NCBI RefSeq assembly: GCF_030144855.1 | Contig: NC_082712.1 | Span: 89,900,001 to 89,964,000 of the forward strand | DNA from: Hypanus sabinus | Lineage: Eukaryota | Length of the DNA stretch: 64,000 nt | Direction: 5' to 3' | Part shown: positions 1 to 12,900 of the stretch, piece after piece | How the letters are laid out: each line of letters begins with the position of its first letter | Position numbering within the stretch: the stretch's first letter is position 1 | Program-made: the position numbers and the translations under genes | Notes under the pieces: model-generated | Databases searched by the model: none | Seen by the model: only the letters and a program-made list of their open reading frames with translations | What the model was told of the DNA's origin: nothing

Positions 1-56
1 GACGGACGTCCACTACAGCCTCGATGTATTTCGGCTGCTCCATCCGCTGCTCCATG
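1..56 (-). pseudogene. 5' part of a paralogous V1 exon, disrupted and cut by the window edge
   Basis: Homologous to 27088-27018 with the same acceptor. A 13-nt and a 2-nt deletion lead to an in-frame TAG after WSSGWSSRNTSRL. Confidence 0.75.
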
Positions 57-1262
57 CTGAGGGAGACGGAGAGAGCAAATGGTCATTTGGGAACCTCCAA
101 CCGCATCTCACCTTGCGGATAATCAGCCCGGAATTATCACAGCGACAGGCAATTCCCTGCCCTGTGATCGATAGACCGAACTCTAGAACAGTTCTTTTTC
201 CTCTCTAACCCATTAAATCCAAATTGCAACAGACCCGCACTACCAACCACCAGCACCCTGACCCGGCGTGGATAACTTCACTCACTGCATCTGTGAACTC
301 ACTCTCCCATCTGCACACTCGTTACAAATCAAGTTCTCAGTATTATTTCTGTTTAAAGAATTTCACTTGCTTTGTGTATTGGCTGTCAGTCTTTGCTCAT
401 GTGCAGATTATTATAAATTCTATTGTATTTCATTATTTTCCTGAAATGTCGGCAAGAAAAATTATTCCCAAATATGGTGACGTTTACCTACATCGATAAT
501 AAATTTTACGTTTATCTTTCACACTCCGAACCTATGACTACCAATAGGGAATCAGGCAACACGGGCATAAACTCCTGGACCCAGAGCTTAGATTTCAGAA
601 TCTACACACTTCGGCAATGCTATTGCTTTATAAACACCTTTGAACCTCGCAATACTATGTGGGTGTGATCCTGCGTGTGTAGATTCCAGCCTGCAACTAA
701 TGCTTCGGATCTGTTATTCATTGTATAAACACATTAAACCATTTTACTGGATTCCAACCTGTAACTATGCCCTGCAATCGGTTATGGACCAAAGCTCGGA
801 ATTCGTACCGCCGCCTTTCGAGCCCACCCTGCCCGTTCTGTCCTTGCCCTCTCTCCGATCAGCCATACAAGCCGCTACAAATCGTCTCCCTCCAAAATAA
901 AACCCTGCGCCTCAGCAACCCTCCAGCTTTAACCCCGGCTTTAGCAACAGGCCTTTGCCCGGACCTCCTGTTCCTCATTTCAACTCTTCATACCGTTAGC
1001 GGGTGGGAAACACTTCGAGTTGTTCCTCATCTCCGGCGATGTTGCTATTCAAATGCAGGCATTTGTTCCTCCAATCCAGTAAGGCATCATTTCGCTTCTC
1101 TGAAATGGAGAGGCGAAACAGGAGGGAGGTTTCCCGCAAGGGTTCCGAGGGTTCCGCACCGGACAGGTTATTCTGGAGGGCGCTTTAAGAGGGGTTGGTT
1201 GACATGAGGGAATATGAGGAATGTGGATAGAGTCGGTACGTGATGAAGCTGGGTCTACTCAC

Positions 1263-1301
1263 CCACTGTCAACTGTAGTAACACCAGAGCGAAACGTCCA
1301 T
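1263..1301 (-). pseudogene. Paralogous leader exon with a 4-nt deletion (MDVSLWCYYS*)
   Basis: Matches 28742-28700, but ccagacagag is reduced to ccagag, giving a frameshift and premature TGA. Donor is intact. Confidence 0.8.
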
Positions 1302-2029
1302 GGCGTCTCCCCCACCAACACTTCCTCTCTGGACCTGATCAAATCCGTCGGTAACACTGACTATGACTCACGACTGCCCTGTCACTGTCACCACTTCTGC
1401 TTTCTTCAGTCCCCCGACTGAAGTCCAGCTCTTGGATCCCATCACCCTTCGGGTCATTTCCCTTGCTCCTGCCCCACCGGCCGGTCCCTACACGTCGGTC
1501 GGCTTGTGCGTCCAAAGTGGGGAGTGAGGTGAGTTCTCCTGCGATGAGCAGTTGGTAACGGGAGAGTCAGTGAACCGGGAAATCATCACCACAAACGTGT
1601 GACGCGCAGGTTGGAGCAGGAGGCGGGAGTTGCGATAAGTGTTGTGTCTCGATGCGTCTTGCAGAGTTCAAACATTCTGAAGCCCGAAAGAGACACTTTT
1701 TGCAAATTATTGGGAGAAAATTGATTGGTTAATTAGTTGATTGGCAGAAGCCAGTATACAGAAGTTAGGAGCCTGCGAACAGCCATTGATTCTTGCCAAC
1801 ATGAGGATATTAATGTAGAGCTGCCTTTGCGTGAGTGGGAGATGAAATGCAGAATTAAACAGTCTATTGGATCACTGTGACAAGTAGGTTGGGATAAAGA
1901 AAACGAAGGATGGCATTTATATGAAATCCAGAGGATGGTGGGAATTCAAGTGGGAGGTTGGTATAAAAGTTCTGAAAAGTTATACTGACATGTTTTTGTA
2001 TTGGACGTGCTCTTAAATAGTTTGTTTAC

Positions 2030-2235
2030 GGAGTTACAGCGCGGAATGGGCCTTTCCAGTCCTTCGAGACGCGCCACTCAACAGTCTCCGACTGAACCCT
2101 GGCTTAGTCACCGGACAGTTTACAATGACCCACCAATCAGTACGTCTTCGAAAAGTGGGAGGCAAGCGGAACACCTAGAAGGAACCTACTAGGTCACGAG
2201 GTGAATGTCCAAACTCATTGCAGACAGAGACACCA
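2030..2235 (-). mobile_element. Degenerate V-SINE/HE1-like SINE remnant (paralogue at about 29490-29705)
   Basis: gtgggaggaaaccggaacacc...cacagggcgaacgtccaaactc in the B copy is the reverse complement of the V-SINE core motif (recalled). Confidence 0.45.
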
Positions 2236-3524
2236 GTATCAAGCATATTAATTGTGTTAGAAACCGTTATGGGAATCATATATAGGTCTCTAAATAGCAG
2301 CCAAGATGTGGTGTTGAGATTGCAAAGGGAGTTGGAAAGGGCATTTAATAAGGCTAATTTCAGAATTGCAATGGAGAACTTCAATACGCAAGGGGATTTG
2401 TAAAACCAGTTTGGTGTCGGTTCGGAAAAGAGGAATTTGTCGAATGCCTACGATATTTTTTTTGTGCAGTTTGAGTTCTAGCCTACTTGGGGAAAGGCTA
2501 TCTTAGATTGAATGTTGTGTAATAAGCCGGATCTCATCAGTCCGCTTAAAGTAAAGGATCCCCGAGGAGGCAGCGATCATACCGCAATTTGAGAGGGAGA
2601 TGCCTAAGACACGTGTATCTGTATCGCAATGTAATGAAGGAAATTACAGATGCGTGAGAGAGCTACTTTCCCAGCTGGACTGCTGGGGTATACTGGCGGA
2701 ACTGACAGCAGAGCAAGGGTCGTTGAAGTTTCTGGGAATAGTTCACAAAGCCCAGGATACATATGTTCCACAAAAGAAGTAGTTCTCAAACGGCAGTAAG
2801 AGGCAACAGTGGCTGGCAAGCGAAGTTAAGGACTACATAAAACCCAAGGAAAATTTATATAAGGTAGCAGAAGTGAGAGGGAAGTTGGATGATTGGGAAG
2901 CTTTTGAAATCCAACAACAGGCAACAAAAAAGTTTTTCAAAGGGAACAGATTAAATATGAGGGCAAACATGCCAACAATATGAAGCGGGATACCAATTTT
3001 TAGTTATATAAAGAGTAAAAGCGATATGAGAGTATTGGACCGCTGGAAAATGTTGCAGGCGAGGTAGTAATGAGAGACAAAGAAATGGCAGGTAAACTAA
3101 ATGGGTTCTTTGCATCGGTCTTCACTGTGGAAGACACTAGCAGTGTTCCAGAGGTCTGTGAGGGTCAGGAGGCAGGAGTGACTGCCTTTGCTATTACAAA
3201 GAATCAAAGGGGAAAAGTGCAAGGTAAACTCAAAGGTTTTAAGGTGGATAATTCACCTGGGGCAGATGGACTACATCGTAGATTAATGTCAGAGGTTGCT
3301 GAAGAGATGATGGTTGTATTGGTCATGATCTTTCAAGAATCATTTGATTCTGGCTGGTCCCGGAAGACTGAATAATTGCAAATGTAACTCTATTCTTTCA
3401 GAAGGGAGATGATAAAAGAGAGGAAATGATTAGGACAGTTAGCCTAATCTCAATGGTTGGGAAAGTGTTGGAGTCCGTTATTAGTGACGAGGGTTCGGGG
3501 TACTTGGAGACCAATGATACAATA
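2236..3524 (+). mobile_element. CR1-clade LINE ORF2 fragment (endonuclease to RT start), decayed
   Basis: IYRSLNSSQDV, ENFN, FFASVFTVED, KVDNSPGADGLH-type peptides with stops and frameshifts. Confidence 0.85.
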
Positions 3525-3828
3525 TACTATTAGCTTACTTATTCTTAAAGTGAAAGGGTTAAATCACCCTGGGAAACGAAATAAGATTTTTGCCTATATT
3601 AAGAAACATAAGTTCCCAATTATTGTTTTGCTAGAAACTCACGTATGTAACTGATAATTCACGCCTTTTTAGCTGATGGAAAGAATTTCACTTTCACCCT
3701 TGTTTCAGGCCAAGTCCAGTGGAGTTATGATTTTTATAGATAATGCAATTATCTTTGTTCAACACAAGGTAGACTCTGATACTAATACATTATTTGCTAA
3801 TGTATATTATATGCCCCAAATTATTATT

Positions 3829-3872
<44 letters not shown>

Positions 3873-6035
3873 TATGCCCCAAATATAGATGGCCCAGGAT
3901 TCTTTGAGCGTTTTTTGTTTCGTTTCTGCCTGATCTGAGTTTGTACTCATTGGTGATGGCAGGGGACTTTAATTGCTGGTGAGATCCAGTTTTAGATAGG
4001 TCTTTTTCAAAACCAGTATCACTTAATAAATCAGCTTTGTGTCTTCGTTCATTTCTAATGAAATGTTGTATTGTTGATGCATGGTGCTTTCTACATCCAG
4101 CAGAAAGAGAATACTCATTTTTCTCTCATGTTCATCGTATGTATTCCAGAATTGACTTTTATTTATTGATAGCCAAATGATTCCACTGGTTTGATCTTGT
4201 GAATATAAAGATATTGCTTATCCCTGACTATGATCCATGCTAAAGATTTTGTCTTTAAATCTTCTTGGTTTTCCTCAAACAATTACTAAGAATAATATAC
4301 CTATTTAAAGAAAATGTTCTTACTTTATTAAATTATATGAAAAGAACATTATCAAATTGGTAGCTTCTTTCGTTATCATTGATTGCCCAAATTAATTCCA
4401 TTAAAATGAATATCTCACCTAAATTTATATACCTCTTCTAGGCTTTACCCGTCTTTATTCCTAAATCCTTTTTTGTTCCTCTTGACTCTATTTTGTCCTC
4501 TTATATATGGAAAAATAAACGTCCTCGACTGAATAAAGCTCACGGCCAGAAAGTTAAAAAGAATGCAGGTTTAACTTTTCTAAATTTTAGGTTTTATTAT
4601 TGGGCAGTTAATATATGGAATCTTACATTTTGTTTATGTTACATTGATCATGAGGACCGTCCAGGGTGGGTTTCTTTAGAAGCTAACTCTGTTAATAAAT
4701 TTTCTATCATCTCTCTTTTGGGATATTCACCTCCTTTATCTTTAAATAAAATAACTGAAAAGGTGGTAGTTAAGCATACCTTGAGGATCTGGATACAATT
4801 CTGAAAACACTTTGGTTTATTGAGATTTTCTCCTTCTAGTCCCATTTTTCTTAATTATTTTTAAGCCCTCTATGATTGATGTAGTTTTAAAAACAATGAG
4901 ATGGATTCGGTATTAAATTGTTACAGGATCTGTTTGTGGGAGGAAGTATTTCTTCATTCGAAAAACTGTCAACTAAAGATAGTTTACTAAAAACCCCCTT
5001 TTTTTCAATACTTACAAATTAGAGACTTCCACCGGTCTGAATTATATACATTTCCTAATAGTCCTGATAAGAACTTAATGGATGAAATTCTTAATTTGAA
5101 ACCTTTTTTAGAATGGTTCAATATCCAATATATATATGTTGATGGGAATGAGAAATGATTCTTTAGGCAAAATCAAAAATCTTTGGGAACAAGATTTACA
5201 GACTTCAATTCATGAAGAAACTTGCAATGAAATTTTTAAACTGGCTAATACTTCATCGTTATGTGCCCATCATTCCCTCCTACAAGTTATCTCATTTTTA
5301 CATGGATATATTTCCCTACTGTGATAGGTGTAACAATAGAGAAGCTACATTCATCACATGTTTTGGATATGTCCAAGATTTGAAAAATATTGGAAGGAAG
5401 TATTCCAAACTTTTTCTGTACTTTTTAAAGTAAAATTTAAGCCTAATCCTTTGACCGCCTTATTTGGTATTGTTGGAGGGAAAGATATCATTTCGAAAAC
5501 ATCCGACTTGCGCATTCTGGCTTTTATCTCTCTTAAGGCTAGGAGGGCAGTCTTGCTTAAATGGAAAGATGCTGCTCCACCTAATCATACTCAGTGGTTA
5601 TGGGATGTTATGGCATGCATAAATTTAGAAAAGATTCATTGTTCAATTTCTGAATCTAACCAAGATTTTCAAAATTGGTGGGGACCGATTTTGAATTATT
5701 TTCAAAACCTTTGATTTCCTTTTAAAGTACAGATGCTGGTTAACAGCATATTTCACTATCTGATAAGTTTTTTTTCCCCTTTATTTCTCTTTACCAAACA
5801 GCTTCAGCTTTGGTAGTGGGTATAGGTCTTTAATTTATATATAGAATTATTCATAACTCAACACACCAATTAATCTCATCTACATGAGTAGAGTGTAAAG
5901 AGTTTGTTAATGTGACTCAAATATAATGTATTTGGTATTATTATATATTTCTGTTGTTTTATAGTACGTATTTTCTTGGACACTGTATTCTTCCATGTAG
6001 AAATTAATAAAAATATTGAAAAAGAAGAAAAAAAA
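3525..6035 (+). mobile_element. L1-clade LINE, ORF2-only, internally deleted, A-rich 3' tail
   Basis: VKGLNHPGKRNKIF (APE start), YIWKNKRPRL, HMFWICP (C-terminal Cys motif), AATAAA plus A tail at about 6005-6035. Absent from copy B. Confidence 0.85.
3822..3870. repeat. (TTA)n(TA)n microsatellite flanked by a 14-bp direct repeat
   Basis: tatatgccccaaat at 3808-3821 and 3871-3884. Confidence 0.9.
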
Positions 6036-8210
6036 GGAGTCCTCATGGAAGACTTCCAGATATTTAATTCTGTGGTCAAAAATACAAACGCAATGTTGCC
6101 ATTTATCTAAAGGGGAATATAATATAAAACAAGTAGATAACACTGAAGCTTTATAGAACAAGAGTCAGGCCTAACAGAGTATTGGCAGCAGTTTTGGGCC
6201 CCTTATCTCAGAAAGAATGTATTCCCAATGGAGACATACCAGACGAGATTCACAAGGATGATTCCAGGAAGGAAGGAGATAATGTATGCGGAGGTTTTGG
6301 CAGTTTTAGGCCTGTACCCACTGGAATTTTGAAGAATGCATGGGAAACTCATTGAAACCTACTGAATGTTGAAAGTACTAGGTAAGGTGAAGGTGGAGAG
6401 GATGTGCCTTTTAGTGGGGGTATCCAGAACTAGAGGGCACAGCCTTAACAATAAGTAGTAATCTTTTACAACAGAAGTAAGGAGGAATTTATTTCAGCCA
6501 AAGAATCTGGGGAATGCTCTGCCAAAGACTGTGGTAGAGGCTGTGTCCATGGGTATATTTAAAGCAGAAGTTGATAGATTCCTGATTGGTCAGGGCATCA
6601 AGGAATATCATGAGAGGGCAGGTGTATGAGGTTGAATGGGATCTGGATCAGCCATGATGAAATGGCAGAGTGAACTCAGTAGGCTGACTGGCCTAACTCT
6701 GTTCCAATATCTTATGATTGTACAATACTATCATCTGTACGAAGTGCAATGATCAAGAATTGGTGCCATACATGTTGCCTGAATGCAGTTCCTAAGAGGA
6801 GCGAAGGAAACTTCAAATTGATAGATTGAAATCATTGGAACAGAGGTTAAGCTGGAAATGTTATTAGGATATGACTCCTATCATATTATGCATATAAACG
6901 TGCATTTTACTTTCTGAAAAGCAAATGACTTGACATATTTTGGGGGGGCATGGTGGATTTCATACTTATACTTCCTGTCTCTTTGTTTTACACTCCCATT
7001 CAGCAGGTGACAGTAATGCACCTTATTTTGGTCTGTCACCGCCATCAAACTTAACAAGATGAAGTAGTACAATAAGAAGAATGACCATTCTGGGAGTATG
7101 GAAGACACTACCAGTACGCTGGAAGTTCAAGTGTTTCTGGGGCAGTGGTGGGTGAATTTGCCATTACTAGGGAGTCACTTCTTGGGATACTGAAAGTTCT
7201 GAAGTGAGATAAGTCACCTGGACCAGATGAACTTCATCCCAGTGTTCTGAAAGAGGTGGCAGAAGAGATAGTTGAGGTTTTGTAATAATCTTACAAGAAT
7301 CAATGGACTCCGTCAAGGTTCCATTGGACCGGAAAACTGCAAGTAACACTCCACTCTTCAAGAAAGGAGAAAGACAAAAGAAAGAAAATTAATGGCAAGT
7401 TTATTTTCTTTAATGGCAAGTTAGCCTGACTTCAGTGATTGTGAAGATGTTGCAGTCAATTATTGAAGATATGGTTTCAGTGAATTTGATGTCACATGAT
7501 GTAATAGACCAAAGTTAGCATGGTTTTACTTCAGGGTAAATTTTGCTTGTTTAAATTCTTTGAGAAAACAGCAAACATGATAAACAAAGGAGAACCAATG
7601 GATGTTGTGTACTTAGATTTTCAGAAGGCCTTTAACAAGGTGCCATACATGAGGACGCCTAGCAATTTAAGAATGGATGTTATTACAGGAAATATACTAG
7701 CATGGATAAAACATTGGCTGATGCGCTGATGGCAAACATTGGGAATAAAAGGAGCCTTTTAAGTTTGCTGCCTAGAGACTAATGTCGTTCCACAGGAGTC
7801 TGTGTTGGGATGACTTATTTTTACATTAAACGTCAATGATTTGGATGACAGAAATGGTGACTTTGTGCCTAAGTTCGCAGGTGGCACGAAGATGGGTAGA
7901 GGGGCAGGCAGGTTTGAGGAAGCAGAGATGCTAAGTCATTTTAGACAGACTAGGAAAATGGGGAAAGTATTGGGTGATAGAATATGATGTCAGGAAGTGT
8001 ACGATCATGAACTTTGATAGATGAAATAATAGCAGACACTATTTTTAACTGATGAGAAAATTCAAAGATCTGAGCAGCAAAGAGACTGGGAATCCTCGTG
8101 CAGGATTTCCTAAAGGCTGATTTGCACGTTAATCTGTGGTGAGAAAGGCAAATGCGATGAAGCACTCTTGAGAATAGAAAAGGAAGGATGTAATGTTGAG
8201 GGTTAACGTG
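6036..8210 (+). mobile_element. CR1 fragments (3' end at about 6036-6720; RT region at about 7080-8210)
   Basis: DVVYLDFQKAFNKVP, VPQESVLG and typical CR1 3' UTR. Paralogous to 34096-36240. Confidence 0.8.
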
Positions 8211-8619
8211 GAACTATTTTATGTGTGTGCACAGATACAATGAAAAACTGACTCACAACAGCATCACACACATAGCATCAGATAAGCAGCATGCTCAGGT
8301 GAAATATTTATTATACACAAACAATATACAATTCATTAGAAAGTGAAGTCTATTTCAGCACATAGTCACAGTTGTCAAGATGTCGCTGAGCTCTAGTGAT
8401 GAGGGTTGTGCCGGTTGGTTCAGGATGCTAATGGTTGAATGGAAGTAGGTTTTCTTCAGCTCAGTGATATTGGATCTTTGGCTTCTATACCTCCTGTCTG
8501 TGAGCAGATTCCATGCCCTGGATGCTGCGGATACTCAATGATGGATGTTGCCTTCTTGAAGCGGCGCCTCCTGTAGACTTTACCGACGATGCGGAGGGAT
8601 GTGCCTCTGATGTAGAGTA

Positions 8620-9915
8620 TGACGTTGCACTGTAGACAGGTGGGGGTAGGGGAAGGAGAACGAGCTGGAAGGTGGATGGTGAAGCTAGGTGGGTGGAAAA
8701 GGTAAAAGGCTGGAGAAGTAGCAACCTAATAGGAGAGGAGAATGGACCTTGGAAAAGGGGGAGGAGGAGGGACACAGGGGGAATTGATAGGCAGGTGTGT
8801 AGAAGGGGGAGGAGGCCACAGTGGGGAATAGAAGATGGAAAAGGAAGAGGAATAACTTATCAGATGGAGAAATCCTTCTCCATGATATTCAGTTAGAAGC
8901 TTCCTAGATGGAATAGGAGGTGTTGCTCCCCCATCCTGAGTGTGGCCTCATTATAGCAAATATGATGACAATTGGAAGAGGAATGGGGATCAGAATTAAA
9001 ATGGTTAATCACAGATGGAGTGGAGATGCTGGTGAAAATGGTCAGCAAATTTACCCCCAGTCTCACCATGATGTAGATGAAGTTGTATCGAATGGAAGAG
9101 CCCAGAAGATTCGCAGGTGAAGTGTGGCCTCAACTGTGAGGACTACTTGGGGCCCTGACTCGAGGTTAGAGAGGAAGTTGAATTGGCAGATGTAGCAATT
9201 CTTTCACTTTCAGGGTATGTGCCAGGACAGCAGGAGGGATATTAATAGGGAGGGACAAATAGTCAGGCCATCATAGAGGGAGTGAGTACTGCGAAGTGTG
9301 GAGATTGAGGCTGTGGAGATAAAGATGCATATGGCGGCGGGATCCCGTTGAAGATGGTGGAAGCTCTGGAGAACTTTGTGTTGGATGTGGAGGCGAATGT
9401 GGTGATAAGTGAGGACATGTGGAACTCTATACCAGCTAAAACTACTGGAAGATGTTTCAAGTGCGGAAATACGGGAAATCCACAGGATGTGGGTGATGGC
9501 AACATCAACTCAAACCCAGTTTGAGAATGATGATATCTCTGGTGTCCTGGAAAGGAAAGCCTCTTCCTGGGAACAGGTGTGGTGGACGAAGTGCAGATGG
9601 CATAGATGAAAGAACTGAGGAAACGGGATAGCACTTTAACATGAGACCAGTTGGTGAGAGGTGTTCTCCAAACTAATGGCATGAACATCGATTTCTCCTT
9701 CAAGTATTTTCCCTCCATTCCTCAGACTGGCTTCTTACCCCTTCTCCTAACTAGTCCAATCAACTCCCTCTGGTGCAAGGCTTCTTCCCTATCGCTCATG
9801 ATCCACACTCCTCTCCTATATCAGATTCCACGTTCTCCAGCCCTATAAGTTTCGTACACTGCTGGATTCAACTATCACCTTCTAATTAGTCCTAATCCCA
9901 TCTCCCTCCTTTTTT
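8620..9915 (-). mobile_element. Penelope-like element remnant; minus-strand 3' half, switching at about 9663 to a plus-strand terminal segment that continues at 14972-15120
   Basis: Reverse-complement similarity to the Penelope-like copy at 59400-60250. Paralogue at about 40800-42185. Confidence 0.65.
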
Positions 9916-12900
9916 CATTTTTCAATCTTTTTATTGATTTTCAAATACAGAATATACAAATCAGAGGAGTTTAGCAAATAGATAATACAAAAGACATATA
10001 AACAGCAATAATAAAAACAGGAAGTATATAATGTCAAAATCAAATAGGTAAAATATTATGCTGTTAGATATACAATGGTAAAAAAATCTACAACTCCTCA
10101 TAGCAATCATAAAAACAAGTTTGGAAATTTTATTGATAAAGAAAACGAAAACACTAACGAAGCTGAAACAAAAAAAAAGAGAAGAAAAAAAGGAAAGAAA
10201 AAGAAAGATTGGGCAGTCCAATTGAGGATAAAATTAGAAAAAAAGAGAGAGAGAGAGAGAGAAAAAAACACATCCTTCCAGTCATCTCTGAACCTTCATG
10301 GATAAGGATTTTCCCAAAGAGAATAAAGAAAAACAAATATATAAAAATAAGATAAATTATGTGAAAATATTGAATAAAGGGTCACCAGACTTGTTCAAAA
10401 TTAAAGGATGTATCAAATGTCCGGCTTCAAATTTTCTCCAAGCTTAGACATGACATAATGGAGGAGAGCCAATAGAAAACAGTAGGAGGATTAGATTCTT
10501 TCCAGTGTATCAGAATAGCTCTCCTAGCCAGTTAAGTTGAAAAAGCTATCACATGTTGGGCGGAAGCAGACACTATGCTTGCTTCCACTGGAATAATCCC
10601 AAAAATTGCTGTAAGTGGATTAGGTTGAACATCCATATCTATAACTTCAGATAATATTCCAAACACATCCCTCCAAAAATTATTTAAGCTTACACATGAC
10701 CAAAACATATGAGTTAGAGTAGCCACTTCTGTGTTACATCTGTCACAAATAGGGCTTATATTAGGAAAAATATGCGCCAATTTATCTTTGGACATATGGG
10801 CCCTATGTACTATCTTAAACTGAATTAAGATATGGCTTTCGCAGATAGATGAATTATTGACTAAATAATAAAATTGACTCCATTGATTATCTGAAAGTGA
10901 ATGTTGAAGTTCTACTTCCCAGGTGCATTGAACCTTATCATTAGGTGACATGCCAGCATTCATTAACTGTTTATAAATGATTGCTATTAATCATTTTTGA
11001 AAAGGTTTAAACTGAAAAATAACGTAAGCCAAATTTAAAGAGCAGGGTAATTCAGTTAAAAGTCACATAAAAAATTCCTAACTTGTAAATATCTAAAAAA
11101 TGTGTATTAGAGATATCATATTTATCCATTAACTGTGAAACATTAAACAGTCTTGTAAAAACAAATCTAAAGAAGTTTTTATTCCCTTAATTTTCCATGT
11201 TAAAAAAGCCTTATCCAAAGTTGATGGTTTAAAAAAGAAATTAGAATAAATATTACTAGAAAGTAGAAAATCATTTAATTCAAAAAATCTACGAAATTTA
11301 AACTAAATTTTTAAAGTATGTTTAACAATAGGGTTAAGAGCTTATCTACCTAGTCTGGAGAGCGAAAACGGAAGAGGAGCTCCTAATAAAGAAGCTAACA
11401 AAAACCCCATTACTGAATTTTCTTCCAGCTGTAACCATGAAGGGCGATCTTGGTTGTCATAAATCCAAAAAGTAATATAACAAATATTAATTGCCCAATA
11501 ATAAAGCCAGTCCTCCATCTTTTTTTTTGATTTTTGCAATGGAAGTTTATTCACTCTAGAGCTTTTATTAATCCAAACATAAGACAAAATCAGAGAATCT
11601 ATTTTATCAAAAAAATCTTTTTGGAACTAAAGAGGGAATTGCTTGAAATATATATAAAAATTTTGGTAGAATAACCATTTTTATAGCATTTATTTGACCT
11701 ATCAATGTCATCAACATAGGTGACCATTTAGAGAGCGCCTGTTCAGTACACTCAACTAAAAGGAAGAAATTATACCTAGATAGGTCTTTAAAATTTTTTG
11801 TAATTTTGATAGCAAGGTAAGTAAAATGGTTTTTGGCAATATTAAAAGGTATTTGATCATTATAATCAGAATAATTATTAATAGGAAATAATTCACTTTT
11901 ATGTAAATTTAGTTTATATCCAGAAAAAATACCAAATTTTATAAATATAGATAACATAGAAGGAATAGATTTCTTAGGATTTGAAATGTAAACTAATAAA
12001 TCATCTGCGCATAATGAAACCTTATGTAATTTATCCCCTCTCCTAATACCCTGCACAGAATTAGAATTGCTAAGAGCAATAGCAAGTGGTTCTAAAGCCA
12101 ATTTAAATAATAAAGGACTGAGGGGACAACCCTGACGGGTACCTCTATATAATCTAAAGTAAGGAGACTTTTGATTATTAGTTAGAACCGCAGCTGCCGT
12201 GGCATGATAAATCAATTTAATCCAGGAAATAAATCCTGGACCAAAATTGAACCTCTTCAAAAACTAAAATAGGTAAGGCCACTCCACCCTATCAAAGGTT
12301 TTCTCTGCATCCAAAGATACAATATATTCAGATTCTTTGGCTCAGGGGGAATAAATGATATTTAACAATCTTCCAATATTAAAATGTGAGTACCTATTTT
12401 TAATAAATCCTGTTTGATCATTTGAGATAACATTATTCTTTATATAGGCCTTTCTTTATACAGGTCTTCAGTAGGTTTAACTGAATACGCTTTATCTATC
12501 TGTTTAATTTTATTATTAATCACTGACAATTCCGCTTTAGTTTTCTTTCTCAAGGCTGCTGAATATGAGATTAACCTAAGAAAAGATTTCAAGGTGTCCC
12601 ATATAACCAGATTTGACATTCCTTCAGTTGTATTAAATTCAAAAAATATAGAAATTTGCTCCTTAATAAAATTAACAAAAGCTGGATTTTCAAAAATCTA
12701 TCCGAAATCTTTAAAGGCACGTGATCTGAGAGCGCAATGATGTCATACGCACATTCAGCAACGGAATTTAACAGACGTGTATCTAAAAAAATAATCAATT
12801 CGAGAATATTTGTGATGGGCATGTGAGAAAAAAAAAGAAATCTTTATCATTGGGGTGTTTATATCTCCAAATATCGACAAAGCCATATTCTAATAAAAAA

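Noticed and set aside
3457-3654. In-frame CR1-L1 fusion ORF
   Set aside because: Chance junction of two decayed elements in a non-coding CR1 frame; 65 aa only.
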